Assembly (NCBI RefSeq): GCF_009914755.1
Contig: NC_060931.1
Direction: 5' to 3' (one strand)
Length of the DNA stretch: 64,000 nucleotides
Source: the human T2T-CHM13v2.0 reference genome, Homo sapiens
Shown here piece after piece: positions 55,601 to 64,000 of the stretch. Numbering within the stretch: the first letter of the stretch is position 1; each line of letters begins with the position of its first letter. Below the pieces are notes generated by a model, which was not told where the DNA came from, did not search any database, and worked only from the letters and a program-made list of their open reading frames with translations. Made by a program: the position numbers and the translations under genes.

Positions 55601-57585
55601 GCAGTTGTAACATTGCTGTTACATCCATTGCTAATGTTTGAAAAACAGAAGCAAACAAAAATGATTTCATGGGCAAAAATAAGTGCCCTATTTTTTCCTG
55701 CTCCTCTGTTTTTAGTCTAGTTTGTTAATGGCATCACATCATTGGTTAAATTGGTCAGATTTATTGAAATGCATGAGGGTAAATCATATATTAATGTATT
55801 TCTTAAGGGGAGCCTCTGTGGTCTTTGGCTGCCCAGGAAATCCATTTTTATGGAAGCTTTCATTGCACTCAATACATCAGAGATTAGAAGCCTTAGCTAC
55901 CTTTTATTTAAAACATGTTTGCTTAAATTACAACAAGTTATTTTACAGCTAGACATATGAATGCCACGTGCTAAGTAAATTGTACATTATGTAGAAAGAA
56001 TGTTTAAAAATACCCTGAAGTTGTAGAAATATGAGATGCATATAGAGAATGATAATTTAAGCAGTTTCAATCATCTCACTGATGTTAAACTGAGCTTTCT
56101 GTAGTTCTTCCAGCAGAAGAGACATATGTCTTGAATGTATTTTAAATATATGCCAGAGCTAACCCTTTTAAGGGCATCATTGAATTGATAATTTCAAACA
56201 GTTTGTCAAACTTAGATATGTTCCAGAGAGGGAAGGGAAATCTTGAATGCATCATTTAGTATGTTTTATAATGTCATTTTTGAGGATTCATGTTTACTTT
56301 GACTGCCTGTCCCACTGTACCCAAAATATGAATAAATAAAGATGGAATACTTGGTTTCTATGTCCTTTGACTACAAAGTGTTGAATGAGTGTTAAAGCTA
56401 ATATAGTTGGATACAAGTCATATCCTCCAGTCATCACTTTGTTAATTTGATAATTGCTAAATACTGATCTTAATGAAGTTAACGTGCCCGTTATTCATAA
56501 CCATAAAATATTCCTGATATAAAACAGTTCCACTGTAAACCAAAGAAAAATGAAGTGGTCACACATATTAACATGTAAGGTGGTGAACAAATTTAGTTGA
56601 ATTACATGACAGTGTCAGCTCTGTGCAAAAAAAAAAAAACTATTTTTTTAATAAAAGGTCATGATTTCCAAGCTCTTTACTTGAACAAGAAGATTTAATT
56701 TATCTGTTATTTTATGAAGCATTTTTATGTGTAGAAAAAGTGCTACTTGTTTGCGCATGCTGGTTATATGGCATTCTTACATGATTTCGTGCTCTGCTGA
56801 TGGAAAATTAGACCCTTGTGTATTATAAAAGCATAGAAGATAGCTATAGAATCAGGATGCAATTGCCTCACGACATTCTGTTGACAGCTAGGAATATATA
56901 CAGACAAAGCAATGTCACTGGATGCTAATGTGAACTCTATCCACTGATTAGTACTGTAAATCCCTCTAAAACAAAAAGCCAAAATCTTTTTATTAAACTG
57001 AGGGTTTTACCTTAAAGTTTAAATATGAAGATAATTTCTCCACTTTTGTTCAATGAAACCATAATGAATATTATATAATTACATTATGTTCATCAACTCA
57101 TAAATATGATCCCAGGAGCTGATATATCCAGACAAAGCTACATATAGATATGAGATAATTCATTTCTGTTATTTATGTATTAGACTAATAACATGGTGCC
57201 TTTCATGCGTACTGAAGATGAATCATTCATTTCTTGGATTAGTTTTTAACATGCAAGTCCTTACATAATAATTTCCTTGTCTGTTAGAAGTTTTCAAATT
57301 TCTCCAGTGTGAAATTGAATGAGAGATATACTGTAATTTAACTAACAATAACATGTATAAGTAATAATATCTTTAATACTACCTAATAGGAAACTCTAGT
57401 AAGGAGTGTCAAAACAGCCCTTGAAGCTGCAGTGTCTCTGTTGGTCTTTTTAACCTTCCAAGTCATCTTTAATAACCATTATGAATACTCTGTAGAGCAA
57501 ATCTCAGTGCAAAGGTGTGAATCTGAGGCCAGTCAGCCAATTCTGACAGGATTTCCTTGCTTTGCTTCCCTGTGAAACTATTTAC

Positions 57586-57883
57586 CTTACATTTTAGAAA
57601 GTATCTTGCTGCTTATCAACAGAGAGTGGGGATAAATTGACGTTGACTGCTTTAGTCCTACTTCCAGAGAACTGCTACACTTTATAACTAGTGGCTGAAA
57701 AATTGCAAGGAAAAATGTACAGTAGTCAAGTACAGAGGTCGTCTTTGGTGATGTTAATGTTCTTGGTGGGTTTGGCACCCAGAGCAATTTTCCATTACAA
57801 TGCAGCTGTAGTATAAGTGGAAACATTTTCTTTAACCAAACAACCGTGTAGGCAGGCTGTGTGTAGTGTTCCTTGAAATGAAC
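57586..57883 (-). other. Candidate non-TE exon (possibly lncRNA)
   Basis: Minus-strand acceptor CTTTGTTTTGTTTTTCCAG|G at 57883. Donors AAT|GTAAGG (57591) or AAG|GTAAAT (57586). One frame is open across it. Motif-based only. Confidence 0.3.
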
Positions 57884-58789
57884 CTGGAAAAACAAAACAA
57901 AGCCCTTCCTTGTTGCTTCTAATTGTCACACTCTGAAATGAACTGTAAGTGAAACCTGGTAAGTAGAAATGTCAGGACTATTTGGTTTTCCTATAGCAAC
58001 TGCTTCTTGGTAGTTGGTATCAAAGAACATTATTTTGCTAGGTTTAAGAATTGACTGAAAAGAATATAGAACAGTCCTTGAAAATCATGGCAATTATTCA
58101 CAGCAAAAAGACTCTGGCCTAGAAATCCTGATGCCAGTGGATGGTTTTGGAATTTTTGTTTGGGGTGTGAGTAAAACAGATGAGCTAAGAGCAGCCCTTC
58201 ACAAGAAAAGCCCTTTGTTGCTATCCCAGGCTGACCCCACTTTATAAGACTGCCATATACAACTGCAGGAGCACATATTGAGCAAAATGAACAATGAACC
58301 ACAAAACCTCCTGGGATAGAAGATCAGGGACCCCAGTGAGCATTATTTCCCATTTTAAATCAAATGATATACTAAAATAGAATAAGGCCTAAACGTATAA
58401 AACATTCTCAGTATGACACAGTGGAGTGCCTAGAAGTAAATAAAGTTCCTATGATTGTCTTCTATTTCAAATAAATAGCCTTTTCTAGGTCAATTCAACA
58501 AATCTCCTGTTCTAAAGTGAGGAAACAAGTTTATTAACACAAAATGGCTTTGTGTACAACTAAACTGGAAGAAATCGGCCTCATTCACAGTCAGGTAGAA
58601 TAAGTCTACCTGTAAAAATTTCTCAACACGGGAAGGATATATTTGCAAATAAAAATAAAAGAAATGTGACACTGATGTGTTATAAAATTATTTCACAGAT
58701 TCATCAGCACTATTGCTTTAACTGATCAGACAGGTAAGCAGGTGTAGCTGAAGAAGGCTCAACTTTCAAGTTTTCTCTAAGCTGAGTTT

Positions 58790-59175
58790 CCTTTCTATGA
58801 TGACTAATACCACCACCATCTAAGTCTTCTCATATCACAGCAATATTATCACATTTATTATTCCCAACAGCAATCTTGCTTCTGCTTCGGGTCTCTGGCC
58901 CTCACCCTAATTTGTTGTATTGTTCCCTCTTAATTTTCTTAAATCAGTATGTCAACCTTGTTAAAAGCATGCCTATTACCTTCAAGATAAAGTAAAAGCA
59001 CCTACTTTAGAGGTTCAAAGCCCTCCACAATTAAGCACAATGTTCTCATTAAAAACTATTTTCCTTCTTATACTGCTTTGCTCACTGGAGCTCAAAGCAT
59101 TATTCTTGCCTTCAAGCTTTTGATTAAGCCATGGTCTCTTCAAATTGCCTTCTGTCTTCTTTGCCTTAAACAAAC
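58790..59175 (+). mobile_element. L2 fragment
   Basis: CACCACCATC...CCTATTACCTTCAAGATAAA...TTCAAAGCCCTCCACAAT...TTCTTGCCTT. Confidence 0.5.
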
Positions 59176-59180
59176 TGTAC

Positions 59181-59640
59181 TAATTCATCCATTCACCCAT
59201 TTGACAGAAAGATAGCACCCACTGTGTATCAGGCTCTGTGCTAGGAAGAAGGGATTTAGTAGCAAAAGAAACAAAATGGTCCCTGCTCTTAAAGACATCA
59301 GGTTCTAGTGAACAATTTTGGGGGACAGCAGATATACTATTCATAATAAAAAGGAGATAGTGGTAAGTATTATAAAGGTAAGTGCTATAAATAAAATAGG
59401 TTGATGTTACAGTGCGTGGTAAGTTACTTAGATTGGATATAATCAGGGAGGACTACATTGAAGAAGCGTCATTTAAACTGACAACTGAATATAAGAAGAG
59501 CCAACCACATAGAGGCTGGGAGTGAAGTTTTCTAGGGATTGACAGATACAAATGCACTAAGGCAGAAAACAATCTGGTATGTTCACAAAAGGAAGAAAAG
59601 GTGGTGAAACCAAAGAGGGAAAGAAGTGAACTTTGAGAAA
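59181..59640 (-). mobile_element. L2 3' fragment
   Basis: ATTCATCCATTCA...AGCACCCACTGTGTATCAGGCTCTGTGCTAGG...GTCCCTGCTCT...CAGGGAGG...ATTTAAACTGA. Confidence 0.75.
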
Positions 59641-59844
59641 CTCTTAGTTTTCTGTATCAAGCATCTGGAAATTGCCTTGTGCTCCTGAAATATTCTGGCA
59701 TATTACTAATTAACTACTATCTTGTTTTTATTCGGATATGTCATTACCTGATTAGATTTTGAGTTTATTGTATCATAAAAATGAAGTTATATCACAAATG
59801 CAGGCTCACAGGATCTTCCAGTGTGTTATGTGTAAAATAGGTTT

Positions 59845-61470
59845 TTAAACATAGTAACGATATCAAGTCTCCCCAAATTGATATACAGGTTTAACATAAT
59901 TCCTGTCAAAATCCAAGCAATATTTTTTGTAGATATAGTAAAGATTATTCTAAAATTTGTAGAGAAAACAAAGGAAATAAAAGAGCTAAAACAAGAAGTT
60001 AGGTGGAATCAGTCTACCCAATTTCAAGATTTACATGTCTACAGTAATCAATCCCATATGATATTGGCATGGGAATCGGCATAAGATTAATGGGACAGAA
60101 TAGAGAACACAGAAATAGCCCCACACGAGTTAGGCCAACTGATTTTTGATAAAGGTTCAAAAGCAATTCAATATAGCAAGGATAGTCTTTTCAACAAATT
60201 GTGCTGGAACAACTTAGATATCCCAGGCAATTAAAAAGAAAAAACCTTGACTATCACTTCATATGCAAAAATTAACTCAAAATGAATCAACAGACTTAAA
60301 TGTAAAACATAAAACTATTTAATAGAAGACAATCTTTAGGATCTAGGGCTAGGCAAACAATTCTCGGAGTTGACGCCAAAAGCATAATCTACTGAATAAA
60401 AAAAAGTGATATATTTTACTTCATCAAAATCTGAAAACTTTGCTCCATAAGAGACTACAGACTGAGAGAAAAATATTTGAAAACTACTTATTTAGATAAG
60501 AATTAATATCTAGAATATATAAATAATTCTCTAAACAGTGAAAAAATATTACCCAATTGGAATGGACAAAAGACATGGACAGACATTTCACTGAAACAGA
60601 CCTACAGATAACAAATAAACACATGAAAGGACATTCAGCATTGTTAATCATTAAGGAAATTTTAATTAAAACCACAATGAGATATCACTTAAATATCTGT
60701 CAGAATGGCTAAAATAACAAACAGTGATAACACAGGATGCTGACAAGGATGTAAGAAAGCTTAATCACTCATATATTGTTGCAATGTAAAATGGTTTGCC
60801 ATTTTAAAAACAGTTTGACAGCTTTTTAAAAAAATGAAGCATGCAACTACCATATGAGCCAGTACCATAAAATTCTGTTACAGACACTAATCCCAGAGAA
60901 AAGAAAATTTATATTTGCAAAAAAACCGTGCAAATATTTTTTTTTAAAAAAAGCAGCTCTATTTGTAATAGCCAAAAACAAGAATCAACCCAGATGTCCT
61001 TCAATGGGTGAATGGTTAAAGAAAAATTGTGATATATCCATATCATGGACTACTATTCGGCAAAAAGAAAAGGGGAACAACTATACATGCAACAACTTGG
61101 ATAAATCTCAAGAGAATTACATAAGTGATAAAAGCCAGTTCCAAAAGGTTATATAATTGTATTAGTCCATTTATATAACCTTCTTGAAATGACACTTTTT
61201 GTTTTTTTAAGAGGGGACAAATAAGCAGTGTCCATAGGGTAAGAAGAAGTTAAGGGTAGAAAGAGTTTGTATTTACAAAAGGGATCCTTATGGTGGTGAA
61301 AATGTTCTGAATTTTGACTGTATCAATGTCAAGATCCTGATCGTGAAATTGTACTAAAATTTTGTGAGATTTCATCATTGGGGAAACTAGGTAAAGAGTC
61401 TATGGAATCTTTCTGTTATTTCTTACAACTGCATGTGGATCTACAATTCTTTCAAAATAAAAAGTTTAAT
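59845..61470 (+). mobile_element. L1MC (L1MC1-like) ORF2 3' part and 3' UTR
   Basis: ORF peptide IYRFNIIPVKI..FFVDI.KIILKF. 3' end GGGAAACT.GGTAAAG...TTATTTCTTACAACTGCATGTG.ATCTACAATT..CAAAATAAAAAGTT. Confidence 0.88.
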
Positions 61471-61485
61471 AAGAACTAAATATTG

Positions 61486-61787
61486 GGTTGGGCGGGGTGG
61501 CTAACGCCTGTAATCCCAGCACTTTGGGAGGCTGAGGCAGGCGGATCACAAGGTCAGGAGATCGAGACCAACCTGGCTAACATGGTGAAACCCCATCTCT
61601 ACTAAAAATAAAAAAAAAATTAGGAGGATGTGGTGGCACACGCCTGTAGACCCAGGTACTCAGGAGGCTGAATAAGATAATCGCTTGAACCTAGGAGGCA
61701 GAGGTTGCAGTGAGCTAAGATCGCACCACTGCACTCCAGCCTGGGCGACAGAGAGACACCCATCTCAAAAAAACAAAACAAAACAAA
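61486..61787 (+). mobile_element. AluS (AluSc-like) with (CAAAA)n tail
   Basis: GGATCAC.AGGTCAGGAGATCGAGACC..CCTGGCTAACA. Exact TSD AACTAAATATTG at 61474-61485 and 61788-61799. Confidence 0.94.
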
Positions 61788-61860
61788 AACTAAATATTGG
61801 TTCAATGATTTATGAGGATGGATAAATAAGTAGCCACAGTAATAACAGCTAACACATATA

Positions 61861-62740
61861 CAGGCATTTCTAATTGTGCTTTGCTTTACTATGCTTTGCA
61901 GATACTATGTTTTTTACAAATTAAAGGTTTGTGACAACCCTGCTTTAAGCACGTTTGTGTCACACATTGGTAATTCTTGCAATATTTCAAACTTTTAAAT
62001 TATATCTGTTATGGTGGTCTGTGATCACTGATATTTGGTGTTACTATTATAATTGTTTGGGGGTACTACAAACCATGCTCATACAAGATGGTGAACATAA
62101 TCAATAAATATTATGTGTATTCTTATTGCTCTATTCACTGGCCATTCCCCTATCTCTTTCCTTCCCCTCAGGCCTCTCTATTACCTGAGACAAAAAATAC
62201 TGAAATTAGGCCAATTAATAATTCCACAATGGCTTCTATGTGTTCAAGTGAATGAAAGAGTCACATGTCTCTCACTTTAAATTGAAAGCTAGAAACTATT
62301 AAGCTTAGTGAGGAAGACAAGTTGAAAGCTGAGCTAGTCCTCCTGTTCCAAACAGTTAACCAAGTAGTGAATGCAAAATAAAAATTAAGTTCTTACAGGA
62401 AATGAAAAGTGCTACTCCAGTGATCACATGAGTGATAAGAAACCACAAAAGGCTTTCTGCTGGTATGGAGAAGTGTTAGTGGTCTGGATAGAAGATCAAA
62501 CCAGCCCCAGCATTCCCTTAAGCCAAAGCCTAATCCAGAGAAAGGCCTTAACTCTCTTCAATTGTATTGGGATTGAGAGAGGTTAGGAAGCTGCAGATGA
62601 ACAGTTGGAAGCTAGCAGAGATTCATGCATGAGGTTTAAGGAAAGAAGCTATCTCCATGACATAAACGTACGAGGCGAAGCAGGAAGTGCAAATGTAGAA
62701 GCTGTAGCAAGTTATCTAGATTATCTAGCTGAATCTTTCA
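61861..62740 (+). mobile_element. Tigger1 5' portion including start of the transposase, 3'-truncated
   Basis: TA|CAGGCAT... terminus; GTTTTTTACAAATT.AAGGTTTGTG.CAACCCTGC; TTCAAGTGAA.GAAAGAGTCACATGTCTCTCACTTTAAAT. Peptide EASR...MRFKERS.LH.I.V.GEA.SA.VEA.ASY. Confidence 0.9.
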
Positions 62741-62749
62741 TGAAGAGCA

Positions 62750-63315
62750 TGAGGAGTGCTTTACTTCCAACTATGTGGTCAGTTTTGGAATAAGTGCAGT
62801 GTGGTTCTGAGAAGAACGTATATTCTGTTGATTTGGAGTGGAGAGTTCTGTAGATGTCTATTAGGTTCGCTTGGTGCAGAGCTGAGTTTGATTCCTGGAT
62901 ATCCTTGTTAACTTTCTATCTTGTTGATCTGTCTAATGTTGACAGTGGAGTGTTAAAGTCTCCCATTATTATTTTGTGGGAGTCTAAGTCTCTTTGTAGG
63001 TCTCTAAGGACTTGCTTTATGAATCTGGGTGCTCCTGTATTGGATGCATATATATTTACTATAGTTAGCTCTTGTTGAATTGATCACTTTACCATTATGT
63101 AATGAACTTCTTTGTCTCTTTTGATCTTTGTTGGTTTAAAGTCTGTTTTATCAGAGACTAGGATTGCAACCCCTGCCTTTTTTTTTTCCATTTGCTTGGT
63201 AGATCTTCCTCCATCCCTTTATTTTGAGCCTATGTTTGTCTCTGCACGTGAGATGGGTTTCCTGAATACAACACACTGTTGGGTCTTGACTCTTTATCCA
63301 ATTTTTCAGTCTGTA
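62750..63315 (-). mobile_element. Internal L1PA fragment (ORF2 endonuclease region only)
   Basis: Collinear with ~49975-50545 of the full-length L1 (TTCCAACTATGTGGTCA...CTCTTTATCCAATT). No 3' UTR or poly(A). Confidence 0.9.
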
Positions 63316-63324
63316 TCAATTTGA

Positions 63325-64000
<676 letters not shown>

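Overview
AT-rich primate genomic DNA (hominoid, most likely human or great ape, judged from an L1PA3/PA2-type element and AluY copies), intergenic or deep intronic. I recognise no host protein-coding exon, RNA gene or CpG island. Every ORF with recognisable homology comes from a transposable element, and more than half of the window is TE-derived. Main content: (i) a heavily decayed class III (ERVL-type) provirus remnant on the minus strand at ~8.7-11.9 kb. Its RT-connection, RNase H, integrase, env SU/TM remnants, polypurine tract and 3' LTR can be read by hand translation but are nearly invisible in the ORF track. (ii) A ~13 kb nest at 40.5-53.5 kb, where an old L1PB/L1MA hosts a two-LTR THE1A element, a truncated AluY and a full-length ~6.03 kb L1PA3/PA2 with disrupted ORFs. 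(iii) Solo LTRs (MER66, MLT1A, THE1C, MER67-like), DNA transposons (MER44A, MER1B, Tigger1), seven Alus, and many L2/MIR/L1M fragments. (iv) A ~260 bp non-TE local duplication with an internal ~45 bp repeat, plus a nearby templated-insertion mosaic (20.1-22.7 kb). I did not find a convincingly new biological system. The best leads are the env-bearing ERVL relic, a CpG-retaining THE1C LTR with intact promoter and splice signals, the local duplication, and a possible non-TE exon near 57.6-57.9 kb. Subfamily names are from recalled consensus sequences and boundaries of old elements are approximate; both need RepeatMasker/Dfam confirmation.
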